From: Acidobacteriota bacterium
GTDB taxonomy: Bacteria > Acidobacteriota > UBA890 > WLXD01
Direction: 5' to 3'
DNA: 64,000 nucleotides
NCBI GenBank assembly: GCA_965205505.1
Contig: CBDBHB010000009.1
Coordinates: forward strand, 3,072,001 to 3,136,000
Shown: positions 40,307 through 50,210 of the stretch, piece after piece
How positions within the stretch are numbered: position 1 is the first letter of the stretch
Layout of the letters: every line of letters starts with the position of its first letter
Translations under genes and position numbers: made by a program
The notes under the pieces: model-generated
Told to the model about the DNA's origin: nothing
What the model saw: only the letters and a program-made list of their open reading frames with translations
Databases searched by the model: none

Positions 40307-42208
40307 CTACTTCAGCCCGTTTGCCAACATCAGCTCCTGGACGGCTCGATCCGCCTGATCGATGGCGACGTTGGTGTACGCCGCCGCGCCAGCGTCGGCG
40401 TTGGCGATGGCGATCTTTCCGAAGGGCTTGCGGCCGAGCACGTGCGGACGCTCGGCATCGGGCACGTCCGGGTCGGCAAGCGTATCGTAGGTGTAGGCAT
40501 AGCCGTGCGGCCACCGGTTGGCGGTGATCGCCAGGATGTCCTCGACCGGGTCGAAGCCGCCGCCCGCGAGGGCGCGCGTCAGCTGATCACGAATCTCCAG
40601 CTCGATGGTCTCGAACGGGGTCATCAGCATATCGAGCATGCCGGCGCGCTGCTGGTCCTTGCGCGGCAGGCCAGGCTCGTTGGGGTTGCGCACCATGTGC
40701 AACACGATGGGCTCGTCGGGAGACTGTGTGCATTCGTAGCCCCCCATCGACACCGGATAGTCGAGGCTGCAGGAGCTGTGGTACATGGCCGGATAGCTGA
40801 TACGGGAGACTCCCAGCTCCTTGAATGCCCGCCAGTTTCTGATGAACACGTTGGTGTACATCATCGGTACCTTCACCGCGTAGCCGAGCGCCTCTTTCTG
40901 CGTTTGCGGAAGGTCGGGGACCAGGTATGGAATAACGTGGTTCCAGCAGGCGAGCAGACAGTTGCGGGCTCGTACCCGCACCATCTTGCCGTCCCGCACG
41001 TAGGCGCCGCGCACCCAGTCGGCGTGTTCGGGCGCGCCCTCGTGCTCCACCCGTACGACGGTGCTGTCGAGGCGCAGCCGCACCGTAGCCCCTTGCTCGT
41101 CGAGGCGGTCGTAGCGCAGCGGGGCTTTCAGCACCGACTGCATGTCGTGGTCGCCGGGCAGCGCGGCGGGAACCAGCCGGTTGATCAGCAGGCGCGCTAT
41201 GGTGGCGTTGCCGTCCGGGAAGTGGAAGCGGTAGGCCCGGCTGCCCGGCCAGCGCGGCTCGAGCCCGAGGTCGAGGCCGTCGAATCCGGGCGCTCCGCCC
41301 TTCGCCGCCTCCAGCGCCGGCAGCGTATCGACCCGCTTGTTGTTTCGGTAGCCGCGGCCGAGGAAGAACTTGATCGCCTCCGGGCTGACCTTTGCCACCT
41401 CGAGCAGGTAGTCCTGGTAGCTCGTCCTGGCGAGGCGGGCGCGCTTTTCGACGCGGCCCACGCCGGCCATGTAGTCGCCGTTGCTGGTGTGGATCCGGAT
41501 CAGATCCTGGCGCGCCTGCTCCGAGAACGGTGCTTTGCGGAAGAACTCCTCCCAGGACGCGTCTCCCGGCCCGACCACCAGCCGGTCGGCGCCGAAGGTC
41601 TCGCGATCGAAGAAGGTCGCCGAGCCCAACCCCGCGTAGACATTGCTGTCGACAAACTCGCCAGCACGCGCGACCTCGATGCCCAGATCCCGCACCAGAG
41701 CCTTGGCAGCATAGCTGTAGGGGAACGGTGAAACGATGCTCTGGGTGCCGCCGTAGCCGATCCAGGTCCGCTCCTTGTAGGTGAACTCGTTGCGCTTGGC
41801 GTGTCCACCGAAGTCGTCGTGGTTGTCGAGGATCAGAACGGTCTGATCGTTGCCGAGCGCTTGACGGAAGAAGTGGGCGGCCGACAGTCCCGAGAGCCCG
41901 CCGCCAACCACCACCAGGTCATAGACCTCGCCGGTGTCCACGGCGTCAGACAAGCTCTCGTAGGCGCCGTCGCGCAGACGGTGCCCCGCCTCGAACGAGC
42001 CCTCGTGGCTGCCGCGCAGCCCGGTGAGGCTGGGCGGGTAGCTGGTAGCTACACCCTCCGGCGTGAGGTTCGACCCTTTGAGCCCGCGCAGCGCGCTGCG
42101 TGTCGCCGCCCACGCGCCGACGCTGCCCACCGCGAAGCCGTTGACGAAATCACGCCGCGTGATGCCGCGGCCCATGCCGAGCTGGCGTGCCTTGACCCGA
42201 TCTACCAT
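40307..42208 (-). CDS. SpdH-like FAD oxidoreductase paralog 6 (divergent, no PWAERT tail)
   Basis: AGGAGG RBS; ITRRDFVNG, YPPSLTGLRGSH, YGGTQSI, NRWPHGYAY, AIDQADRAVQEL. Confidence 0.88.
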   Translation of the reverse strand: MVDRVKARQLGMGRGITRRDFVNGFAVGSVGAWAATRSALRGLKGSNLTPEGVATSYPPSLTGLRGSHEGSFEAGHRLRDGAYESLSDAVDTGEVYDLVVVGGGLSGLSAAHFFRQALGNDQTVLILDNHDDFGGHAKRNEFTYKERTWIGYGGTQSIVSPFPYSYAAKALVRDLGIEVARAGEFVDSNVYAGLGSATFFDRETFGADRLVVGPGDASWEEFFRKAPFSEQARQDLIRIHTSNGDYMAGVGRVEKRARLARTSYQDYLLEVAKVSPEAIKFFLGRGYRNNKRVDTLPALEAAKGGAPGFDGLDLGLEPRWPGSRAYRFHFPDGNATIARLLINRLVPAALPGDHDMQSVLKAPLRYDRLDEQGATVRLRLDSTVVRVEHEGAPEHADWVRGAYVRDGKMVRVRARNCLLACWNHVIPYLVPDLPQTQKEALGYAVKVPMMYTNVFIRNWRAFKELGVSRISYPAMYHSSCSLDYPVSMGGYECTQSPDEPIVLHMVRNPNEPGLPRKDQQRAGMLDMLMTPFETIELEIRDQLTRALAGGGFDPVEDILAITANRWPHGYAYTYDTLADPDVPDAERPHVLGRKPFGKIAIANADAGAAAYTNVAIDQADRAVQELMLANGLK

Positions 42209-42432
42209 CGTCCCCTCCTGCACAGATCTAATGGGCCCAGGCGCTCGCTGTCAACTTGGCCTGCTAGCGCGCCAGGCCGATCCAGGCTCCCCCCAAATCC
42301 TCTGTGAACCGGTTGTCTTTGCCGTTTGGCATCGGTAGAGTCCGGGCCGTCACTGTCAAACTGCAATTGGACAGGCGCATGCGCTCCGGCTGACGAACCC
42401 GATAGCCCGCCTGTCGAGGGAGGAACAACAAG

Positions 42433-42813
42433 ATGCAAGGTAAGTGCCTGTGTGGAGGCGTGCAGTACGAGGCCAGTGATTCTCAGCTCATGGCCCATTG
42501 CCATTGCTCGCGATGCCAGCACAGCAGCGGAACAGCGCATGGCACGGTAGTGATGGTGAAGCCTGAGAACTTCAAGATCACGCAAGGCGCCGAGCTCGTG
42601 CACAAGTACGAAGAGGATCCGTACACTGCTCGCGTGTCGTGCTCCAACTGTGGCGGCAACCTCTACCACGGCGAGGTCTTCATCGAGGCCGGCACGCTCA
42701 TCGGGGATCCAGGCGTGCGTCCCACGATGCACATCATGGTCGACCATAAGGCGCCGTGGCACGAGATCACCGACGGCCTGCCGCAACACGGGGAGTGGCC
42801 ACCGAGCGACTGA
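42433..42813 (+). CDS. GFA (CENP-V/GFA) family Zn-binding protein
   Basis: GKCLCGGV, HCHCSRCQ, CSNCG, PTMHIMVDHKAPW. Confidence 0.9.
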   Translation: MQGKCLCGGVQYEASDSQLMAHCHCSRCQHSSGTAHGTVVMVKPENFKITQGAELVHKYEEDPYTARVSCSNCGGNLYHGEVFIEAGTLIGDPGVRPTMHIMVDHKAPWHEITDGLPQHGEWPPSD

Positions 42814-42856
42814 GCGTCGCCGGTTACCTGTCGCAGCGCTGACGAACTCGACGTTT

Positions 42857-42890
42857 GCGCCCCGACGCCCGGGTTCGGCGGGGCGCTTTT
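42857..42890 (+). terminator. Rho-independent terminator
   Basis: GCGCCCCG...CGGGGCGC stem followed by TTTT, after the GFA gene. Confidence 0.65.
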
Positions 42891-43018
42891 CTCATTGGGC
42901 GAGGTCTGCGAGCTCGCCGTGTGCCGGCTCGCCCTCCATCAGCGTCAGTATCACCTGCGCGTCCGAAAATCACGCCGACACACTCAGGGGCCAGTCCGCA
43001 ACGCGAGGAGAACGTAGC

Positions 43019-43092
43019 ATGAAGATGCAGGAGCTTCTGAAACCGACGTCATCCAACCGGAGTTCCAGTATCCCTGGGCCGAGCGAACCTGA
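43019..43092 (+). pseudogene. Collapsed SpdH-like remnant (RBS and start fused to the last ~20 codons)
   Basis: GAGGAG-N8-ATG AAG ATG, then CAG GAG CTT CTG [AA] ACC GAC GTC ATC CAA CCG GAG TTC CAG TAT CCC TGG GCC GAG CGA ACC TGA = QELL/TDVIQPEFQYPWAERT*. Confidence 0.85.
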
Positions 43093-43175
43093 TCCGCGTA
43101 TCCGGAACGTCGACTTGAGGCGACCCGACACTGGTTGCTAAATTCGCGCAGCCTCCAAGAAGAGAATCGCGGGAC

Positions 43176-43958
43176 ATGACGTGGACGAAGCACCGTTGTT
43201 GGCTCTGGCTGTTGGCCTGCGTCTCGCTGATCGCAGCTGCGGGCCCGGCCGAGCGGGGGCAGAATCCGTACGCCGCCGCGAGCGACGTCGCCGCCGGCGA
43301 GCAGTTGTTCTTGAGGAATTGTTCGTCGTGCCACGGTGGGAACGCCACCGGAGGACGAGGGCCTAACCTCCGACGTCGCCCGTACCGCAACGGCAACGAG
43401 GACGCGCAGGTCTTCTCGATCATCCAGAACGGGCTGCCCGGGATGCCCTGGAATGGCCTCAACGACAGGAGCGTGTGGAGAATTGTCGCCTATCTGCGTT
43501 CATTGAGCAGCGGTGTGGTAGAGGTTGCCGGTAATCCGACTCGGGGGCGCGATTTGTTCTACGGCAGAGCCGACTGCGCCTTGTGTCACATGGTGAACGG
43601 TGCAGGCGGCCGCCAGGGACCGGATCTGAGTTGGGTGGGATGGCGACTCGCCCCCGATGCTCTGCGCACGGCGCTCTTGGAGCCTGGCGCCGAAGTGGAG
43701 CCGCGATGGTGGAGAGCTGCCGTCTCCACCCGGACCGGTCAGCAAATCGACGGCTACATAATCGACGAGGATCAGTTCACGATTCGTCTCCTCGACGGCA
43801 ACGACGGGTTGCATGCCCTCAGAAAGCGCGACCTGAATCGACTCGACCGGAAACTCGACTCACTGATGCCAGCCTTCGGCCGGCTGCTGACCGACGACGA
43901 GCTCACCGACGTCATCGCGTACCTAGCCGGCCTCAACGGAGCGGAGAGCGGTCCATGA
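43176..43958 (+). CDS. Diheme c-type cytochrome
   Basis: Signal peptide; CSSCH and CALCH; GPDLS, SLMP, DVIAYL; ATGA overlap with the PQQ enzyme. Confidence 0.88.
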   Translation: MTWTKHRCWLWLLACVSLIAAAGPAERGQNPYAAASDVAAGEQLFLRNCSSCHGGNATGGRGPNLRRRPYRNGNEDAQVFSIIQNGLPGMPWNGLNDRSVWRIVAYLRSLSSGVVEVAGNPTRGRDLFYGRADCALCHMVNGAGGRQGPDLSWVGWRLAPDALRTALLEPGAEVEPRWWRAAVSTRTGQQIDGYIIDEDQFTIRLLDGNDGLHALRKRDLNRLDRKLDSLMPAFGRLLTDDELTDVIAYLAGLNGAESGP

Positions 43959-45628
43959 GATCCCGCGGCGCGACCCTTTTGCTGGGTTCGGGGTTGCTGG
44001 GGTTGGGTTTGTTCATGGTGGTTGTTGCGTTCTCGCTACATGAAGGGGCTACCGCTGCTGCGGCACAAGCACCAGGCGCAGCAGCTCCGGTGACTGCCGA
44101 GCGCCTCGAGCGGGCGGCCGATGAGCCACACAACTGGCTGATGTATACGGGCTCGTACGCCAGCAATCAGTACAGCGCGCTGGCACAGATCGACCGCGAC
44201 AACATCGCCAACATGCGCGTCGAGTGGGTTCACCAGTTCCGCACGCTGTCGACCGTCGAGACTTCCCCCGTCGTGGCGGATGGGCTGATGGTCATCACCG
44301 AATCGCCGAGCAACGTGATCGCCCTCGACGCGGCCACAGGCCGACCCTACTGGAAGTACACGCACCCCGTGCCCAAGAAGCTCACCATGTGCTGCGGCCT
44401 GAACAACAGGGGCGTCGCCATACTCGGCGATTCAGTCTACGTCGGCACCGTCGACGGACGGCTGCTGGCGCTCGATCTCAAGACCGGGAGCGTGATCTGG
44501 AACGCTGAGGTCGCCCGTCCCGACGCCGGGTACAGCATCACTGCTGCGCCATTGATCGTGAAGAACAAGGTCATCACCGGCGTGGCCGGCGGCGAGTATG
44601 GCATTCGAGGCTTTCTGGATGCCTACGACGCCAAAACCGGTGAACGCCTGTGGCGTTTCTACACGATCCCGGGCGAAGGCGAAGTTGGCAACGACTCTTG
44701 GGGCGGCGACTCCTGGCGGCGTGGCGGCGCCCCGACCTGGTTGACGGGATCGTACGACCCCGAGCTCGACCTGCTTTATTGGGGAACCGGCAACCCGAGC
44801 CCGGATTGGAATGGCGACGTCCGACCGGGTGACAACCTCTACGCCAACAGCGTCGTCGCTCTCGATCCCGAAAGCGGACAGCTTCGCTGGCACCACCAGT
44901 TCACGCCACACGACACCCACGATTGGGATGCTAACCAGACCATGGTGCTGATGGATGCAACCGTCGACGGCGCCCCGCGCAAGCTGCTGCTGACCGCCAA
45001 CCGGAACGGCTTCTACTATGTCATCGACCGCGAGAGCGGCGAGTTCCTTCGGGCCAGGGCCTACGCCAAGCAAACTTGGGCGTCAGGCATCGATGAGCAG
45101 GGTCGGCCGATTCTCATTCCCGGCCTCGAACCCAACGAAGAGGGTGTGCTCGTTTACCCGGGCTGGACGGGCGGCACCAACTGGTGGTCGCCTAGCTACA
45201 GTCGCAGCTCGGGTCTGTTCTACGTGCGGTCCATCGACGCCGCCGACGTGTACTACAAGCGCGAGGAAGAATACATCGAGGGTGATCTGTACTACGGCGG
45301 CACCACTGAGGCGGCCGACCACATGGAGAACGTCACGGCTGCGATTCGCGCCCTCGATCCGTTGACCGGTGACCTGCGATGGGAGTATCCGATCACTCCT
45401 TCAGTCTCCTTCGGTGCTGGAATTCTGACGACGGCAGGCGGTCTGCTGTTCTCCGGCACCGTCGACGGGTATCTATTCGCCCTCGACGATCGCACCGGTG
45501 ACGTCCTCTGGCACCTCAGCGCCGGCGGAACCGCGCACGCCGCCCCCATGACTTACAGCGTCGAGGGCCGCCAGTTCATCAGCGTCGCGGTGCAGAACTC
45601 GCTACTTACCTTCGCGCTCCCAGAGTAA
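43955..45628 (+). CDS. PQQ-dependent alcohol dehydrogenase (methanol/ethanol family)
   Basis: Vicinal CC (MCCGLNNRG), GGEYGIRGFLDAYD, YWGTGNPSP, TPHDTHDWD, GGTNW. Confidence 0.92.
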   Translation: MRSRGATLLLGSGLLGLGLFMVVVAFSLHEGATAAAAQAPGAAAPVTAERLERAADEPHNWLMYTGSYASNQYSALAQIDRDNIANMRVEWVHQFRTLSTVETSPVVADGLMVITESPSNVIALDAATGRPYWKYTHPVPKKLTMCCGLNNRGVAILGDSVYVGTVDGRLLALDLKTGSVIWNAEVARPDAGYSITAAPLIVKNKVITGVAGGEYGIRGFLDAYDAKTGERLWRFYTIPGEGEVGNDSWGGDSWRRGGAPTWLTGSYDPELDLLYWGTGNPSPDWNGDVRPGDNLYANSVVALDPESGQLRWHHQFTPHDTHDWDANQTMVLMDATVDGAPRKLLLTANRNGFYYVIDRESGEFLRARAYAKQTWASGIDEQGRPILIPGLEPNEEGVLVYPGWTGGTNWWSPSYSRSSGLFYVRSIDAADVYYKREEEYIEGDLYYGGTTEAADHMENVTAAIRALDPLTGDLRWEYPITPSVSFGAGILTTAGGLLFSGTVDGYLFALDDRTGDVLWHLSAGGTAHAAPMTYSVEGRQFISVAVQNSLLTFALPE

Positions 45629-45651
45629 GCCGGACGCTGCCCGAGGCCGAG

Positions 45652-46026
45652 ATGACCACGAATCCACCGGGCGCTTCGCGCAACGCTGACCTTCAGCTTC
45701 GGCGAGAAAATCTCGATTCCCCAGCAGTGCAGAAGCTCTTCGCCGCCCTGAACGCCGAAGTCTCGAAGCGCTATCCGGAGGAAGGTGATAGTCACTTCCG
45801 ACTCGACGCGGAGGAGATCGTGGACGGTAGCGGAATCGGAGGCGAGTTGCTGCGTTCGCTCGAAGCAGAGGCGCACGATCTGGCCGTGCACCGCATCCTG
45901 CCGGAGTCCGGCAAGCGCCAGGATGCCGCCCTGGCCATGTACGAGCGGGCCGGATTCCGGCGTGTCGCCAGGTTCGGCGAGTACGCTACCTCGGCACTCA
46001 GCGTGTGTCTGGCGAAAGACATCTGA
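45652..46026 (+). pseudogene. GNAT acetyltransferase, apparently internally deleted
   Basis: N-terminal ALNAEVSKRYPE...LDAEEIVDG joined to SGIGGELLRSLEAEA...ESGKRQDAALAMYERAGF; the central FLVA...GCG...E.KRMYV...RG segment usual in this subfamily is absent. Confidence 0.6.
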
Positions 46027-46042
46027 CGATAGGAGCTGCGCC

Positions 46043-48235
46043 ATGATCGAAATCGGGTTCACGAGTCAATTGAGCTTCGCCGCCGTATCGCGCACGGCGC
46101 TGCCGCGGCGGGTCCTTAGCAGCGTCCTTTCCGTCGCCGTGCTGGCCGTCCTGACATCGGGCTGTGTCGCAAGCACGGCGAGCACAGATGCGGATGCCGA
46201 TCGATCGGAGCAAGTCGACGCTCTGTTCAGCCGCTTCACGGACGGGGCTCAGCCCGGCGTGGCGGTAATGGTGATCCGGGATGGTGAGGTCGTCCACGAG
46301 GCCGGCTACGGCTACGCAGACGTCGAAGGGCAGGTTCTGCTGGCACCCGATACCGGGGTACGGCTGGGATCGGTCACCAAACAGTTCGTCTGCATGACGG
46401 TGATGATCCTGGCCGAGCGCGGACTGCTCGATTATGACGATCCGGTCAGCAAGTACGTTCCGGAGATCTCCGAACGTTATGGCGACGAGATCACGGTGCG
46501 GAACTTGATGAACCACACCGGTGGGCTGCCCAACTACTACCCGGCATTGGACGAGTACGTGCCCGACCGCACGCCGAACAACGAAGATGGTGCGGCGGCC
46601 TATGCGCGCTGGGGAGAGCCGGTATTTCCATCCGGAGATCGGTACGAGTACAGCAACTCCGGATACGAGATCCTGGCCCTCATTGTGCAGCGCGTAGCCG
46701 GTGAGCCCTTCGCCGATTTCATCGCAGCGAAGGTCTTCGAGCCGCTGGGGATGGCCGGCGCGATCGCCTGGGACGACGCGGCCAAGGTGATTCCCAACCG
46801 TTCCTTCGGCTATTCGCCCACCGAGGGCAGCTTCGAGCTCAACGACGACCACCGCATGAACTTCATGATGGGTGCCGGAGGCATCTACGCCAGCCTGCAG
46901 GACATGTATCGGTGGGACCAGGCCCTGTATACCGAACAGCTGGTGAGCAAGGCGACACTGAAGCAGGCGTTCACCCCCGCACTGGCGCGTTTCGAAGACA
47001 TCGGGTATGGCTTCGGCTGGCGCATCGGTGCGTACCAGGGCCACCGACGCATCTCCCACGGCGGCAGTTGGGTCGGCTTTCGCACCGCCATCGCGCGCCA
47101 TCCCGATGCCCAGTTCAGCATCGTCCTGCTGTCCAACCGCGCCGATTTCGACAGCAGCGAGTTTATCGATCCGATTACCGACATCTACCTCGATCCGCTC
47201 AGCGCCGAGGAGCGGGTCGACAACATTCTGGGCTTCATAGACAGAGCCGCCCAGCCTGGAGCGGCGGTGCTTGTCGCACGAGACGGCGAGATCCTCTACA
47301 GCGGCGGGTACGGCCTTGCCGAGGTGGCCGACAGCATCCCGATCGACGCCGATACGAACTTCCGGCTGGGCTCGGTGTCGAAGCAATTCGTGGGGATGGC
47401 GGTCATGATCCTGGCAAAGGACGGCAGGCTGGGACTCGACGACTCGATCGCCGAGCATCTCCCCGAGCTGCGGCGGTTCTCCGACATCACCATCCGCCAC
47501 TTGCTGGTACATACCGGCGGACTGCCCGAGTATTACGACGAGATCGAGCGGCGCTTCTCCGGGCAGCGGCCCGGCAACGAGGAGGCTGTTTCGGTGCTCG
47601 CCGACTGGGGCGAGCCGCTCTTTGAGCCAGGTGAGCGGCACCAGTACAGCAACCCGGGCTATGACACGCTCGCTGGCCTCGTAGCACGCGTGTCGGGGCA
47701 GCCGTTCAGTGAGTTCGTCGACGAACGCATCTTCACCCCGCTGGGCATGACCCGATCATTCGTTCCCGACTACGCCGGCAGCTGGCCGTCGGGGCCCGAC
47801 GATACGCTGCCGCAGATCGACAACCGCGCCATCGGTCACTCCCGAACCGGTGCCGGTTTCGAGGTCGATGACGACCACATGCTGAACTCGATCGTCGGTG
47901 CCGGCGGTGTCTTCTCCACGGTGGCGGATCTACTCCGCTGGGACCAGGCGCTCTACACGGACCGGCTGGTGAGCCACGCTGCCCTCGACGAAGCGTTTAC
48001 CTCCGGCGTACTCAACGACGGCAGCACGTTCGGCTACGGCTTCGGCTGGGGTGTCGACTCGCATCGCGGCCATCGACGGATCTCGCACGGTGGTGCCTGG
48101 GTGGGGTTCCGGACGGTGATCGTTCGCTACCCGGAAATCCGCTTGACCGTGATTGTCCTGACCAATCTGTCCACACGCAATCCGAGCACCCTGGCCGACG
48201 AGATCGCCGTGTCGTTCTTCGAGCCAACGGATTGA
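46043..48235 (+). CDS. Serine hydrolase with two tandem beta-lactamase-like domains, lipoprotein
   Basis: AGGAG RBS; TSGC lipobox; domain 1 SVTK/HTGG/YSN/HGGSW; domain 2 SVSK/HTGG/YSN/HGGAW. Confidence 0.88.
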   Translation: MIEIGFTSQLSFAAVSRTALPRRVLSSVLSVAVLAVLTSGCVASTASTDADADRSEQVDALFSRFTDGAQPGVAVMVIRDGEVVHEAGYGYADVEGQVLLAPDTGVRLGSVTKQFVCMTVMILAERGLLDYDDPVSKYVPEISERYGDEITVRNLMNHTGGLPNYYPALDEYVPDRTPNNEDGAAAYARWGEPVFPSGDRYEYSNSGYEILALIVQRVAGEPFADFIAAKVFEPLGMAGAIAWDDAAKVIPNRSFGYSPTEGSFELNDDHRMNFMMGAGGIYASLQDMYRWDQALYTEQLVSKATLKQAFTPALARFEDIGYGFGWRIGAYQGHRRISHGGSWVGFRTAIARHPDAQFSIVLLSNRADFDSSEFIDPITDIYLDPLSAEERVDNILGFIDRAAQPGAAVLVARDGEILYSGGYGLAEVADSIPIDADTNFRLGSVSKQFVGMAVMILAKDGRLGLDDSIAEHLPELRRFSDITIRHLLVHTGGLPEYYDEIERRFSGQRPGNEEAVSVLADWGEPLFEPGERHQYSNPGYDTLAGLVARVSGQPFSEFVDERIFTPLGMTRSFVPDYAGSWPSGPDDTLPQIDNRAIGHSRTGAGFEVDDDHMLNSIVGAGGVFSTVADLLRWDQALYTDRLVSHAALDEAFTSGVLNDGSTFGYGFGWGVDSHRGHRRISHGGAWVGFRTVIVRYPEIRLTVIVLTNLSTRNPSTLADEIAVSFFEPTD

Positions 48236-48257
48236 CCGCGCGAGAGGAGCGCTTTCG

Positions 48258-49022
48258 ATGCGAGGTTTGAGGGGGAAGAACGTCCTGGTCACCGGCGGCG
48301 CCAGCGGTATTGGGCAGGCCACCGCGAACCGCTTTCTGGAGGAGGGCTGCGCGGTTTGTGTGCTCGATCGCAGCGCTGAGGCACGCGAGCGGGTGGCCGG
48401 GGAGCTACCTACGCTGGCGGGCGTGATCGACGCAGATGTCTCGCAGCTCGAGCAGGTGCAAGCAGCGTTCAAGGAGGCCATCGAGCGCATGGGGTCGGTA
48501 GACGTGCTGATCAACAACGCCGGGATCAGCATCCGGCACGACTTCCTCGAGATTACTCCCGAGGAGTGGGACGAGGTGTTGGGGGTCAACCTGAAGGGCG
48601 TTTTCCTGGTGGCACAGACGGCGGCACGCCACATGATGGAACGGGGCTCGGGGGTGATTCTGAACACCGCTTCGACCGGCGGAAGCACCGGCTACCCGCA
48701 CTACGCCGACTACAACGCCAGTAAGGGCGGAGTGATCGCGCTGACCCAGTCGATGGCGCTCGAGCTTGCCCCGAAGGTTCGCGTCTGCGCCATATCACCG
48801 GGCTACGTGCTGACACCCATGCAGCGCGCCGAGTACAGCGACGCCATGTTCGATGCGGTCAACCGCAAGATCCCGTCCGGCCGCCACGCGAAGCCCGAGG
48901 AAATCGCCGCTCTGTTCGCCTTTCTCGCCTCGGAGGACGCGGCGTTCACTACGGGCCACGTGTACGTGGTGGACGGTGCCGAGACCACCGGCGGTCTCTG
49001 TAGCCAGTGGAGCCACGATTAG
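48258..49022 (+). CDS. Short-chain dehydrogenase/reductase
   Basis: TGGASGIG, NNAG, YNASK, SPG. Confidence 0.93.
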   Translation: MRGLRGKNVLVTGGASGIGQATANRFLEEGCAVCVLDRSAEARERVAGELPTLAGVIDADVSQLEQVQAAFKEAIERMGSVDVLINNAGISIRHDFLEITPEEWDEVLGVNLKGVFLVAQTAARHMMERGSGVILNTASTGGSTGYPHYADYNASKGGVIALTQSMALELAPKVRVCAISPGYVLTPMQRAEYSDAMFDAVNRKIPSGRHAKPEEIAALFAFLASEDAAFTTGHVYVVDGAETTGGLCSQWSHD

Positions 49023-49046
49023 TTGCCCGCCATGTACGAGGATCCG

Positions 49047-50189
49047 ATGAGCGAGGGACAAGCCATCGAGGACCCGACCGGCGGCCGGGACTGGACTCGC
49101 CGAAAGCTGCTGATGTCGGCTGCTGGAGTGGCGATCGTCGCTCCGTTCCTCCGCGGACGGCGAGCCAGCACCGAAGCGCCTTACATCATCCGCTACACCT
49201 CGCACGTGCCGCGCTCGCATGGCCTCTACACCGAGGGCTTCGTCCCTTTCCAGAAGTTGGTCGAGGAGGAGATGGGAGATCGCCTTCTCCTGGAGGGCTA
49301 CATGGACAAGCTGCTCCATGGTGCCCTGGACGGGTTCAAGGCCTCGGTGACTGGCATCTCCGACTACACGCACGGTTACGCCGGATACCAGCCCGGTAGT
49401 TTCCATCTACTGCACGCGCTGCAGTTACCGTTCCTGTTTGCCAGCCCGCCCGTCGGCTCGCTGGTGGCCGAGGAGCTCTACCCGAAGCATTTCAAAGCCG
49501 AGTACGAGCGCATGGGCGTGTATCTGGCCCACTACGACACCACCAGTCCCTACAACATCATCTCCAAACTACCGATTCGCACGCTCGAGGACATGCAGGG
49601 CATCAAAATGCGCGTCACTGGAGGGCTGACTGCACAGGTCTTCGCGGAGCTCGGGGTGGTCCCGGTGGTGATGGCGGCGGGCGAGACCTACACGGCGTTT
49701 CAGCGCGGCATTCTGGATGCCGTGGCGCTCGGGGCGCCCGACATGGCGACCTACCGTCTCTACGAGATCGGGCGTGCCTTCACGCGCGTGGACGTCAACA
49801 TGCTAGCGCTGCAATACTGCCTGAATCGACAGACCTTCGATGCCCTGCCCCCCGATATCAAGCACGACTTCTACCGGCTACTGCGAATCCGCAGCCAGAT
49901 GGCCTGTCAGAACTACTACTCGGGCCCCCGCGCCGATCGCGCCATGACAACCATCCTGGATGCAGGGGTAGAGCTGATCGAGCTATCGGAAGACGAGACC
50001 CAGCGCTGGCGACAGCGACTGGTACCGCTCAAGGAGCGCTTCATTGCCGAGAACGAGGCCCTGGGGCTGCCTGCGAGGGAAGTCGTGGACGATCTCGAGC
50101 AGCTGGCGGCACAGTACGCCCACCTTACCAACGCAGAGATCCTGCAACGTGTGACCGAGCATCCGGTGGAATGGATCATTGATTTCTGA
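49047..50189 (+). CDS. dctP: TRAP transporter substrate-binding protein with twin-arginine leader
   Basis: WTRRKLL leader; LPFLF, PIRTLEDMQGIKMR, ETYTAFQRGILD. Confidence 0.85.
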   Translation: MSEGQAIEDPTGGRDWTRRKLLMSAAGVAIVAPFLRGRRASTEAPYIIRYTSHVPRSHGLYTEGFVPFQKLVEEEMGDRLLLEGYMDKLLHGALDGFKASVTGISDYTHGYAGYQPGSFHLLHALQLPFLFASPPVGSLVAEELYPKHFKAEYERMGVYLAHYDTTSPYNIISKLPIRTLEDMQGIKMRVTGGLTAQVFAELGVVPVVMAAGETYTAFQRGILDAVALGAPDMATYRLYEIGRAFTRVDVNMLALQYCLNRQTFDALPPDIKHDFYRLLRIRSQMACQNYYSGPRADRAMTTILDAGVELIELSEDETQRWRQRLVPLKERFIAENEALGLPAREVVDDLEQLAAQYAHLTNAEILQRVTEHPVEWIIDF

Positions 50190-50210
50190 CGGCGTGCTGG
50201 GAGCGATCCG

